Source: a bacterium (GTDB lineage Bacteria > Patescibacteriota > Minisyncoccia > Phycocordibacterales > UBA2100). From it: a stretch of DNA of 64,000 nt. Shown in pieces: positions 47,061 through 55,113 of this stretch. Under the pieces are notes generated by a model that did no database searches, was not told the DNA's origin, and was given only the letters and a program-made list of their open reading frames with translations. Every line of letters begins with the position of its first letter. Within the stretch, counting starts at the first letter, position 1. The stretch lies in assembly GCA_038128225.1 (NCBI GenBank), contig JAYPJF010000001.1:94458-158457 (forward strand), in the 5' to 3' direction. A program made the translations under genes and the position numbers.

Positions 47061-47680
47061 ACACCCAAAAGCGCCCGACTTAAACTAAAAACAAGGGTGC
47101 TGAGCACACTGCCAAAGACCATCACAAATACGATAACAAGACCAAATCCAAGAAACGGATTCCACTCAAGCTGGGTTCGCAATCTTTCATACGATTGCGC
47201 AAATGGCTCGGGCAGTAGCGCTGCAAGAATTTTCGAACCATCGAGAGGTGGGATCGGGACCAGGTTGAACAATGCGAGCATAACGTTCATCGTGACCACT
47301 GAAAATAGAAAATCAGCTGCTTCAATGCCAATACCGAGACGCAGCACGAGTGCTAACCCAAGCGCGATTGCGATATTTGCACCCGGGCCCGCAGCCGCAA
47401 CCAGCATCTCCGCCCACCGCCCTCCTTTCTTTAAATTGTATGGATTATATGGAACTGGCTTAGCCCACCCAATGAGTATCGGAGAGCTCGTGAGCACCAG
47501 TATCGCGGGAAGAAGCACTGACCCGAACGGGTCGACATGATTGATCGGATTAAGGGTGAGTCTTCCCTCGTAGCGCGCTGTTGGGTCGCCCAGGTAATCA
47601 GCCATCCACCCATGCGCTACTTCGTGGAAAACGACTGACATGACCAAGGCTGCGATGAGCAGCACAACGGCAATTTCCAT
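47057..47680 (-). CDS. Site-2 protease family (peptidase M50) membrane metalloprotease
   Basis: HEVAHG (HExxH) within a transmembrane helix, a polytopic membrane architecture, and an LDGS-like motif (PLDGSKI). Confidence 0.7.
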   Translation of the reverse strand: MEIAVVLLIAALVMSVVFHEVAHGWMADYLGDPTARYEGRLTLNPINHVDPFGSVLLPAILVLTSSPILIGWAKPVPYNPYNLKKGGRWAEMLVAAAGPGANIAIALGLALVLRLGIGIEAADFLFSVVTMNVMLALFNLVPIPPLDGSKILAALLPEPFAQSYERLRTQLEWNPFLGFGLVIVFVMVFGSVLSTLVFSLSRALLGV

Positions 47681-47699
47681 CGCTAAATCCTACCACGTC

Positions 47700-48953
47700 T
47701 CACTCGGCCTTGCAGAAGGCGCGGTACGCTTTTGGAAACAACGGACAAATACTGTGCTCAATGTACTCCGCATCATAAAATCGATGCAATCGTTTGCCAA
47801 TATCTTCATAACATTTTTGCTCAAACTGATGCTCTACAATACTTGGGTCACTACACAAGGCAATCGGTTCGACATATTCATGTCCCGGAGGTCCGTGTTC
47901 AAATAAGCCCCACAGCAAACTCGTGACACAAATTCCTGTAAGTGCAGGTTCTGACAAAGAAAAACATTGCGGTAACTTTTCCTTATATTCATGTGATACA
48001 ACAGTCTGCTGAATAAGCCCTGCGGTTGCAACCGCAAATACCATTTCGGCATGCTCTTTGTCTCGAATTGATTGCGCGACATCCCACAATTCCTCCAAGT
48101 CGCGCCGCGCTATGCCATCGAGTTTTTGTGCATACTCGTAATAACATGCGTGCCGCCATGCCTGAGGTAACGAGTCGCAGGGCCGGAGCGGGTTATCGAT
48201 ATTGTACTCGAATCCATATTCGCCTCCCTCCGCCCAGTTGATGATGACGTTAAAAATGCCTTGTCGGCATTCTTCTTTTTCGCCCGGTTCAGCTTCAGTC
48301 AATTGTTCACATCGCGCCAGAGGCTCTTTCACAAAATACGCGAGATCACCCCATATACTTTCTGGAACCTGTTCAACGCGCGCCAGCATAAACCCGTGCC
48401 CGCTTCCATGGTAACAAATTGCTCGTATGTCCCCCATCTTGTCCTTGAGGCGCGTATTCAAACGTGTGCACACATCAGTCACGAAAGCAGGGTCTGGATT
48501 GTCCTGAATCAAGTGCTCAAGAAACCCATGAAATGCGCCGTATCCGCACGCATCAGCATCATCAGGAAATTCAAGCGCGTCTATATCGGGGTTGTTTAAA
48601 TAAACATTATAGTAGATCGTATCGCCAAGTTTGTGCGCATGCTTGTGACAGCCTGATCCGGCAAATTCATCGTAGGCGTCGTACAGATGCGCAAATGTTT
48701 TTGTCGCCGCGCTAATTCCGGCGCGCTCTACCTCTGTGTCAATGAGGCGGTACCAACATCCCATACGCTCAGATTCCGTCTGGAACTCTGATGCGCACGC
48801 GGCCGCGCGTGCATGCATACGCCACGTAGGGTACTGCATATACGCCCATCCCAAAACTCCTATTCCTGCAATAACCAGGATTCCAATACCAAGCATGCTG
48901 TTCCGTGACATATTCCGTGTCTTATTGCGTAACGAGTATAAGAATGCTAGCAT
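47700..48953 (-). CDS. Hypothetical membrane-anchored Cys/His-rich protein
   Basis: N-terminal transmembrane segment. Recurring GCHKHAHKLGD, ACGYGAFHGF and CYHGSGHGF motifs. About 20 Cys residues. Confidence 0.45.
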   Translation of the reverse strand: MLAFLYSLRNKTRNMSRNSMLGIGILVIAGIGVLGWAYMQYPTWRMHARAAACASEFQTESERMGCWYRLIDTEVERAGISAATKTFAHLYDAYDEFAGSGCHKHAHKLGDTIYYNVYLNNPDIDALEFPDDADACGYGAFHGFLEHLIQDNPDPAFVTDVCTRLNTRLKDKMGDIRAICYHGSGHGFMLARVEQVPESIWGDLAYFVKEPLARCEQLTEAEPGEKEECRQGIFNVIINWAEGGEYGFEYNIDNPLRPCDSLPQAWRHACYYEYAQKLDGIARRDLEELWDVAQSIRDKEHAEMVFAVATAGLIQQTVVSHEYKEKLPQCFSLSEPALTGICVTSLLWGLFEHGPPGHEYVEPIALCSDPSIVEHQFEQKCYEDIGKRLHRFYDAEYIEHSICPLFPKAYRAFCKAE

Positions 48954-48962
48954 GCGAGCGCT

Positions 48963-49205
48963 ATGGCAAGAACATGCGCAATAACGGGTAAAAAATCAAT
49001 CGTCGCAGGCGGGTATTCAAACCGAACTCGCGCCACACAGTTCAATCCTGTGGGAAAGCGTCGTCGTCGCGTGAATCTCCAGAAAAAGACGCTTTTCGTT
49101 CCAGAATTGAACCGCTCAGTTACCATCACAGTATCTGCAAAAGGTATCAAGACACTCAAGAAACGCGGAGTCTACCAAACCCTAAAAGAAGCAGGGATTG
49201 TTTAA
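48963..49205 (+). CDS. rpmB: 50S ribosomal protein L28
   Basis: MARTCAITGKK...RTRATQFNPVGKRRRRVNLQKK...VSAKGIKTL. Confidence 0.75.
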   Translation: MARTCAITGKKSIVAGGYSNRTRATQFNPVGKRRRRVNLQKKTLFVPELNRSVTITVSAKGIKTLKKRGVYQTLKEAGIV

Positions 49206-49226
49206 TGTGATTTTGTTTTTAAACGA

Positions 49227-49256
49227 AAAGGCCTAGGGTTACTAGGCCTTTTTAGG
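49227..49256. terminator. Bidirectional intrinsic terminator between rpmB (+) and the 49242 gene (-)
   Basis: GGCCTAG-ggtta-CTAGGCC flanked by A-runs and T-runs. Confidence 0.6.
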
Positions 49257-49808
49257 CTCTTCTTTTTTTGTATACAAGCGCCGATGTCCTTCTTGGGTAT
49301 AAACGACCCCTAACTTTTCTGAAAACTCAGGATGCGCCCACACATATCGGTTAACAGTGGAGACGGATTTCCCCAGCTCGAACGCCAATGCTTTCCGAGT
49401 GACGAGACGCCCTTCTTCTTTTATACGGACTGCGGCTCTGCGATATTGTTCACCCAGAGACTCAGCGATACTGCAGAGACGAGAGTCCTCCCCTTTGCAG
49501 TTCCGCGCGCTATATCGATACAATGCAGACAGTGAAATTTCGAGCTCATCCGCAACCGCTCGCGCAGCTATCGGCATCCCCTGCTTTTCGAGATCAGAAA
49601 TGATAGTTTCGTACCGCGCCCTCCGAGCGCGTGCGCTTGAGATAATCCCCACATACTGCCGCAAGTCCGGCCATTTGCTAAGCAGTGCCCGAAAATGTTT
49701 TGCCTGTACTTTCGCCTGCCGAGCAATATTATTGACCGTAGGGGCCAGCCCGCTAGCCCGTACCTTCACCGCGGCTCGTCGATACTTTTCAATTGTTTTG
49801 TATCGCAT
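49242..49808 (-). CDS. Hypothetical protein with two tandem HTH-like repeats
   Basis: An internal duplication: KYRRAAVKVRASGLAPTVNNIARQAKV versus EQYRRAAVRIKEEGRLVTRKALAFELGKSVSTVNRYV. Confidence 0.4.
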   Translation of the reverse strand: MRYKTIEKYRRAAVKVRASGLAPTVNNIARQAKVQAKHFRALLSKWPDLRQYVGIISSARARRARYETIISDLEKQGMPIAARAVADELEISLSALYRYSARNCKGEDSRLCSIAESLGEQYRRAAVRIKEEGRLVTRKALAFELGKSVSTVNRYVWAHPEFSEKLGVVYTQEGHRRLYTKKEEPKKA

Positions 49809-49914
49809 CAGGCCTCCTCCTTTTTTCTAACTTGAGACTACGCAAGTACTTCCCCAGAGTCAATTGGTCGATCAACACTCCGCCGATCCCACCGCACACT
49901 GATTTACATAATAA

Positions 49915-50757
49915 TCATCGAACAAATACGCTTCTTCCATCAGATGTAAACGTGACCGTTCCATCGACACAAGTATCTTTTATCTCAACTTCGAAACGCT
50001 TAAACACATCGAGTACTTCTTGATGGGGATGTCCGTATCGATTGTCACACCCCCGAGAAACAACCGCGTAGCGCGGAGCAACAAACCCCACGAACAGAGG
50101 CGCCGTGGATGTATGTGAGCCATGATGCCCAGCCTTGAGAACATCACTCTGGAGCGTTTCGCCATCAAGAGCGGCAAGATATTCTTCGACCGAACGCGGC
50201 GCGTCTCCTGTAAATAAAAAAGATACTTCCCCATACACAAGGCGCGCAACTACTGAAGCCGTGTTGGTTTCAAGATCACTCACGTCCCGATCGGGGAAAA
50301 GAATTTCGAGATGCGCTTCTCCGAGATCAATCACCTGCCCGCGTCGCGCAAGCATATAATGCGCGCCTTCAGTCGCGACACTTGCAAGCATCGATTCTGT
50401 TTGCGGCGTTTCGTGTTGTACCCCGGGCTCTAGGATATATGAAACATCATACCGTTTTAATACATCAACGAGCCCACTTACATGGTCCGCGTCTGGATGC
50501 GTTGCGATTACCACATCAATAGTTCGATCGTACCAAGGCATCACCACAGCAAGTTCGCGCAGCACCGAACGATCAGGGCCGCCGTCAATGAGTACCTGCG
50601 CCCCAGTGGGAGATTGAATAAATATGGCGTCCCCTTGTCCTACATCAAGAAACGAAACAATAAGCTCGTTCTGAGAATGCGAGAATTGCGGCGCCCAAAT
50701 ACCAGCCACGCACAAACACAAAAGCGCCGCCGCACCAATCGCAATCTTCGCGCGCAT
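49915..50757 (-). CDS. Stand-alone MBL-fold domain protein of the ComEC C-terminal type
   Basis: N-terminal signal/transmembrane segment. SFLDVGQGDAIFIQSPTGAQVLIDGGPD and VIATHPDADHVSGL. Confidence 0.6.
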   Translation of the reverse strand: MRAKIAIGAAALLCLCVAGIWAPQFSHSQNELIVSFLDVGQGDAIFIQSPTGAQVLIDGGPDRSVLRELAVVMPWYDRTIDVVIATHPDADHVSGLVDVLKRYDVSYILEPGVQHETPQTESMLASVATEGAHYMLARRGQVIDLGEAHLEILFPDRDVSDLETNTASVVARLVYGEVSFLFTGDAPRSVEEYLAALDGETLQSDVLKAGHHGSHTSTAPLFVGFVAPRYAVVSRGCDNRYGHPHQEVLDVFKRFEVEIKDTCVDGTVTFTSDGRSVFVR

Positions 50758-50788
50758 ACCGTAGTATATCGCGTGATATACTCGTTCC

Positions 50789-51403
50789 ATGCACCAGTAC
50801 GAAGCTAAAACGTTTTCAATTCCTGAGCTTACCGGCATTTCCCAAAAACAAATCGACGTGCACCTTGGGCTGTATCAGGGGTATGTGAAAAACATTAACC
50901 TCTTGCGTGAGCAAATCGCCGACCTTACAAAACAAGATGCTGAAAAATACACATTCGCTATTGAAAGCATTCGCCGACGCATGGGGTTTGAGTTTAACGG
51001 CATGCGCATGCACGAATTTTACTTTCCCCAACTCGAAGGGGGGCCGCGCGCATTCGATCTTGATTCCCCACTCGCAACTGCACTCTCAGAAAAGTACGGC
51101 GATTGGAACGCGTGCATCAGTCATCTCAAAAAAGTGGCTCTGAGTCGTGGGAGCGGTTGGTGTTCACTCGTGTGGGACGCTGCCGCACAAACACCTCATG
51201 TGTATTGGACCACCGATCACGAACTCGGTTCGCTTGTTGACGTGAATATCCTTTTTGCGCTCGACATGTGGGAACATGCATACATGGTTGACTATCTCCC
51301 CGCAGAAAAAGCTACACACGTTGATGCGTACCTCGCGAATGTGAACTGGGAAATTGTTGCGCGCCGATTCCCAAAAGAAACATACACGCGTACACAACAA
51401 TAA
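50789..51403 (+). CDS. sodA: Superoxide dismutase, Fe/Mn family
   Basis: DMWEHAYM motif and C-terminal NVNWEIVARRF. Confidence 0.85.
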   Translation: MHQYEAKTFSIPELTGISQKQIDVHLGLYQGYVKNINLLREQIADLTKQDAEKYTFAIESIRRRMGFEFNGMRMHEFYFPQLEGGPRAFDLDSPLATALSEKYGDWNACISHLKKVALSRGSGWCSLVWDAAAQTPHVYWTTDHELGSLVDVNILFALDMWEHAYMVDYLPAEKATHVDAYLANVNWEIVARRFPKETYTRTQQ

Positions 51404-52805
51404 CCCACCAAAATGGAAAAGCAGGGACAGTGATCGCCGCATACGGAAGATGCGCAAAAAACTCCACTACTGAAAGTACGTACGCCAGTACTGTGTACGC
51501 CGGGAACCCCGCGACGACTGCCACAATGCCGCTAAAGAAAATCCCAACGATGCCGCCCAGTATTGAGGCAATCATCGCCACAGGAATCACAGGAAGCACA
51601 AGAATATTTGTAGCCAGCGACACTAAAGATAGCGTTCCCATCTGATACAAAATAAGTGGCAATACAAACAATTGAACCCCCACCGTTGCCGCCACAACCT
51701 CGCGCAGTCCGATTCTCCTTGTGACAAATTGAATTCTACGCTCAACAAGAGGCGCGACGTGAATAAGACCGAATGTCGCCAACACTGAAAGCTGAAAACT
51801 CGGATCATGCAGCACAATCCGCGGGTTGACGAACGCCATCATCGCCGCAACGAAAATAAGTGCCCGAGTAATTGCGTATTTTCTCTCAACCATCGTGGCA
51901 AAAAGCGCTATCACGGCCATCGCTCCCGCGCGCACTCCAGTTGCCGAACCACCGGTCATTGCCACAAAAGCAGCGACAATGATTGCTCCCGTCACAAAGC
52001 GCATACGGATGCCAAAACCAGAAATGAGCGCCAGTACCGCCACCGTAATGAGCGTGATGTTGTACCCCGAAAGCACAACGATATGGGTGAGCCCTGTTAT
52101 TTGAAACTGATCCGAAAGAGTATTCCCCAACGCGCGCTTGTCTCCCACGGTTATTCCTCCCGCAAGCGCCGCATACGGCTCAGAGAGGGCACGCGCGAGA
52201 CCATCGAGATACTTTTGCTTGCCAGCATAAAGCCACCCGCGGATGCCACCCCGCGCATTAGTGTCCACGACTAGTACCTCGGCAAACGAGAGTACGTACC
52301 CGACACCATCTTTGGCAAGATACCCCGGGTAATCAAAAAGTCTTCCGTTCTCGCCCCCGAAAGATTCAGGATACAAGAAAGTGCCCCGCACGCTGATATG
52401 GTCCCCATATGACACTTCGTACAAGCGAGACATGACGACCAGTGCACGCCCAGAGACCTCAACACCTTCTACGACATCAAAACACAGTGTCAGTCTCTCA
52501 CCACTTTCTCTTGTGTCCGGTTCTTGGCATACCGTACCGGAAAGCGTTGCTACTTTTCCAATGTACGGAGAAAGTATCTCGCTGTGTACGGGAGAAACAA
52601 GAGCTGCGCGCCCCACGCCACACGAAAGGAAAACCAGCGCGGTAAAGAAAAGCACGCCCGTTGACTTTTCAGCCGAAAAAAACGCGGCTATGAAAACAAT
52701 GCATGCAAGTAATGCGAGCCACAACGCCGCCACAAGCCCAAACCCATACTCAGCTAAGATGATGCCTATAAAAAAGAAACAACACGATATCCAAAAAAGA
52801 GGCAT
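51312..52805 (-). CDS. ComEC/Rec2-like competence membrane channel domain protein (no MBL domain)
   Basis: Polytopic membrane protein. GLTHIVVLSGYNITLI resembles the ComEC GLSHLLAISGLH block. Its 3' end overlaps the sod 3' end by 92 nt. Confidence 0.55.
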   Translation of the reverse strand: MPLFWISCCFFFIGIILAEYGFGLVAALWLALLACIVFIAAFFSAEKSTGVLFFTALVFLSCGVGRAALVSPVHSEILSPYIGKVATLSGTVCQEPDTRESGERLTLCFDVVEGVEVSGRALVVMSRLYEVSYGDHISVRGTFLYPESFGGENGRLFDYPGYLAKDGVGYVLSFAEVLVVDTNARGGIRGWLYAGKQKYLDGLARALSEPYAALAGGITVGDKRALGNTLSDQFQITGLTHIVVLSGYNITLITVAVLALISGFGIRMRFVTGAIIVAAFVAMTGGSATGVRAGAMAVIALFATMVERKYAITRALIFVAAMMAFVNPRIVLHDPSFQLSVLATFGLIHVAPLVERRIQFVTRRIGLREVVAATVGVQLFVLPLILYQMGTLSLVSLATNILVLPVIPVAMIASILGGIVGIFFSGIVAVVAGFPAYTVLAYVLSVVEFFAHLPYAAITVPAFPFWWVIVVYACMFLLGIGAQQFPSSHSRGTHQRV

Positions 52806-52827
52806 GCTCTAAGCCTATCAAATAAGT

Positions 52828-52852
52828 ACCGGCGGGTGTGACACCCGCCGGT
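52828..52852 (-). terminator. GC-rich hairpin downstream of the small GC-rich ORF
   Basis: ACCGGCGGGTG-tga-CACCCGCCGGT followed by ACTTATTTGATAGG on the minus strand. Confidence 0.4.
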
Positions 52853-52875
52853 TGCGCTTGTGGTCGTGAGCCGAG

Positions 52876-53019
52876 CTAGCCGTCGACGTACTCGATCCGC
52901 CGCGGATCGTCGCCGGGGAGCCGGTCGCTCTCGCCGCGACTGAGACCCGTGTCCGGCGCGCCGAGACCGCGTTCCTTCACGTCGGCGATGGCCGCTTGTG
53001 CGTCGCTCATCCTGGTCAT
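52876..53019 (-). CDS. Small GC-rich ORF (47 aa) with a perfect Shine-Dalgarno sequence; predicted acidic and disordered
   Basis: GAAGGAGGG, 6 nt, then ATG. Peptide MTRMSDAQAAIADVKERGLGAPDTGLSRGESDRLPGDDPRRIEYVDG. Local GC is about 68 % against about 50 % elsewhere. Terminator-like hairpins on both sides. Below the 60 aa threshold of the ORF track. Confidence 0.4.
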   Translation of the reverse strand: MTRMSDAQAAIADVKERGLGAPDTGLSRGESDRLPGDDPRRIEYVDG

Positions 53020-53087
53020 AGTGACCCTCCTTCTATGCTCGCTCCACGATCAAAAACCAGCCGCGAGCGTACTGGTATCTCAGTAAT

Positions 53088-53122
53088 GTAGAAAAATCGG
53101 CCGACCTGTCAAGGTCGGCCGG
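53088..53122 (-). terminator. Intrinsic terminator after the E1-like gene
   Basis: CGGCCGACC-tgtcaa-GGTCGGCCG followed by ATTTTTCTACATT on the minus strand. Confidence 0.6.
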
Positions 53123-53128
53123 CTTCGA

Positions 53129-53809
53129 TTACTGGTCCCACACTTCAAAAACTTCACGCTCAGGCGGTGTGTAGGACCATGCCCGACAGTTTACATACGG
53201 TTCCTGCGAGCCACGTTCAAACATCAGCCACAGCGTCATACGCCACATCATTTCCACTACCACGCGGTCTGAGTTTTCCGGAAGCGGAAACTCGGTCTTG
53301 CACCCCTGAAGCAAGTCTACGGGGTCTGGATGGCGGTGATGATACTGCGGGTTCTCATATTTCTCACAGTGCCAGATGTTGTTGGGATCGAGCCCGTAGG
53401 CTTTCCCCCCGTCAAGTCCAACACGCCCGTCACCAAAGAAAGTCACACCCGGATTCTCGCGCACGCAGGGCCAAACATCTTCGTACCGTGCATAGTTAGA
53501 ATCAACCGCCGAAAAAACGATCCCCCGCAGAGAAGTGCCTCGAGTAAGGCGTCCACGATGCGGTATCACGCGCACATCGGGTCGGATCGCCCGAGCAATG
53601 TCAACAAGCGCGGTAACTTTCAGTTTCCCAACGTATTCTGAAAAATACGCCTGGTTGAACAAGTTTCTTCCCTCAAGAAAATCGTCGTCCCACACATGAA
53701 TCTCTGGCACGCCTTTGCGCACCAGGTTTTGACAGAGCTTACTCCCTAGTGACCCGGCTCCAATTATGTGCACCGGGCGACCGTTTAGCATGTCTGGTGT
53801 GAAAATCAC
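53129..53809 (-). CDS. ThiF/MoeB/E1-like adenylyltransferase superfamily protein (small, no C-terminal CxxC)
   Basis: Rossmann HIIGAGSLGSKLCQNLVRKGV and VWDDDFLEGRNLFNQAYF, the E1 DxDxxExSNLNRQ-type block. 226 aa. Confidence 0.6.
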   Translation of the reverse strand: MIFTPDMLNGRPVHIIGAGSLGSKLCQNLVRKGVPEIHVWDDDFLEGRNLFNQAYFSEYVGKLKVTALVDIARAIRPDVRVIPHRGRLTRGTSLRGIVFSAVDSNYARYEDVWPCVRENPGVTFFGDGRVGLDGGKAYGLDPNNIWHCEKYENPQYHHRHPDPVDLLQGCKTEFPLPENSDRVVVEMMWRMTLWLMFERGSQEPYVNCRAWSYTPPEREVFEVWDQ

Positions 53810-53850
53810 AGGACGTACTCCTTCATTTGCCCGCCACTACCATACGCGTA

Positions 53851-53886
53851 AATACAAAAAAAGGAAGAGCGCTTGCGCGCTCTTCA
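53851..53886 (-). terminator. Intrinsic terminator after the 53884 gene, overlapping its stop codon
   Basis: GAAGAGCGC-ttgc-GCGCTCTTC followed by CTTTTTTTGTATT on the minus strand. Confidence 0.65.
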
Positions 53887-54669
53887 CCAAAATTTCGGCC
53901 ACTTCTTTTGAGGAAATGTCTCTCGGTACCACTGTGGGACTTCGCTTCTCTTTACCGTCGGCCACAGCATCATCCGTTGCGGGTCTTGCCCCGCACATTC
54001 AGCGTAACGGACGACTATACTTGCAAGTCGTTCGTATTCATACGTGCGAAACGCGCTCTGAATAGGGTCTCGAGCAGTACCAAGACAACTAGCGTGTCCA
54101 TTCGAGTGTATGCCTGTAGGCGCATGCATTGTGTCCTTTGTGCCAGTTAAATTGTTCCAGCGCACCTCGTCGCGATCAAGCTTAAGCCATATGAGGAACT
54201 GTCCGATTCTGTGCCAGGTCATACATGGCCTCGACCATGGGAAGAGGCCTGTCCTGTAAAACTGTCCGTACAAACATTCCGTTTCAATGCAAATAGCATT
54301 TTCCTCAACAAACACTCTTTTCACTCGTGGGACAGCACACATTTTTCGATACTGCGCGCGCAACTCTTCATAGCTCGGGAGCTTCCAAGCAGGCGCCCGT
54401 TTGACTGTCTCGATCTTTCCCTCAAGTTGGCGAACTACATTTTGGAGGGCCCCTATGCTCTTTATATCCTGACTGTCTATGCGAGGCGTGCGCTCAATCG
54501 CATGCCGCGTTTTGACTAGTTTTTTTTCATGACCGCGCAACTCTGCCTCGAGTATCTCCCTAGCTTGCTTTCGCCTGCGATACAGAAAGGTGACAAAGTC
54601 ATTTTCTTCCTTCCTAATCATTTCACAGCCTCCTTTTCCTATGCTCTGTAAGAGGGTATACGCGCGCAC
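53884..54669 (-). CDS. Hypothetical protein: N-terminal coiled coil plus a C-terminal alpha/beta domain with an H-x-N...C motif (possible E2/UBC-like fold)
   Basis: The secondary-structure pattern (three beta-strands, a loop IHSNGHASCLG, then a helix) resembles the UBC fold. This is speculative. Confidence 0.4.
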   Translation of the reverse strand: MRAYTLLQSIGKGGCEMIRKEENDFVTFLYRRRKQAREILEAELRGHEKKLVKTRHAIERTPRIDSQDIKSIGALQNVVRQLEGKIETVKRAPAWKLPSYEELRAQYRKMCAVPRVKRVFVEENAICIETECLYGQFYRTGLFPWSRPCMTWHRIGQFLIWLKLDRDEVRWNNLTGTKDTMHAPTGIHSNGHASCLGTARDPIQSAFRTYEYERLASIVVRYAECAGQDPQRMMLWPTVKRSEVPQWYRETFPQKKWPKFW

Positions 54670-54692
54670 TCAAGTTTTGTCAATTCGCCTTG

Positions 54693-55013
54693 TTACGCTT
54701 TTTTCGCATCAACTTTGTCGAGCCCAAGACCTTTGACAATAAAATACACTACCGCTGCGATAATGATGAAATCAATAGTAACAGCCACAAAATCCCCCAA
54801 AAGAACCGGTCCGAGCTTCATCGCCTTAAGACCTTCAGTTGAACCAAGCACATACCCCAAAAGCGGATTGACAATATCATTGACCAACCCAGAGACGACT
54901 TTTGAAACGGCCCCTCCAAGGATAAAACCGACCGCAAGACCAACCACTCCCTGCTCGCGGATAAACTGAAGAAAACCGGCAAGCCCTCCTTTTACTGCTC
55001 CTGTAGGATTCAT
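54693..55013 (-). CDS. mscL: Large-conductance mechanosensitive channel MscL
   Basis: FIREQGVVGLAVGFILGGA transmembrane helix 1 signature; 106 aa. Confidence 0.8.
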   Translation of the reverse strand: MNPTGAVKGGLAGFLQFIREQGVVGLAVGFILGGAVSKVVSGLVNDIVNPLLGYVLGSTEGLKAMKLGPVLLGDFVAVTIDFIIIAAVVYFIVKGLGLDKVDAKKA

Positions 55014-55113
55014 AAAACACTTATTTAGTATTAATGCCGGCGCCTATTATCCCACCTCTATATAAAAAGAAAACAGGCGGGTCCGAAGACCCGCCTGCAA
55101 TTTCACGTAGCTG

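Noticed and set aside
51312-51403. Possible frameshift or assembly error explaining the 92-nt sod/comEC 3' overlap
   Set aside because: Not rejected outright. Both reading frames look intact: the SOD C-terminus is canonical and the ComEC tail is hydrophobic and continuous. The overlap is therefore kept as real but flagged.
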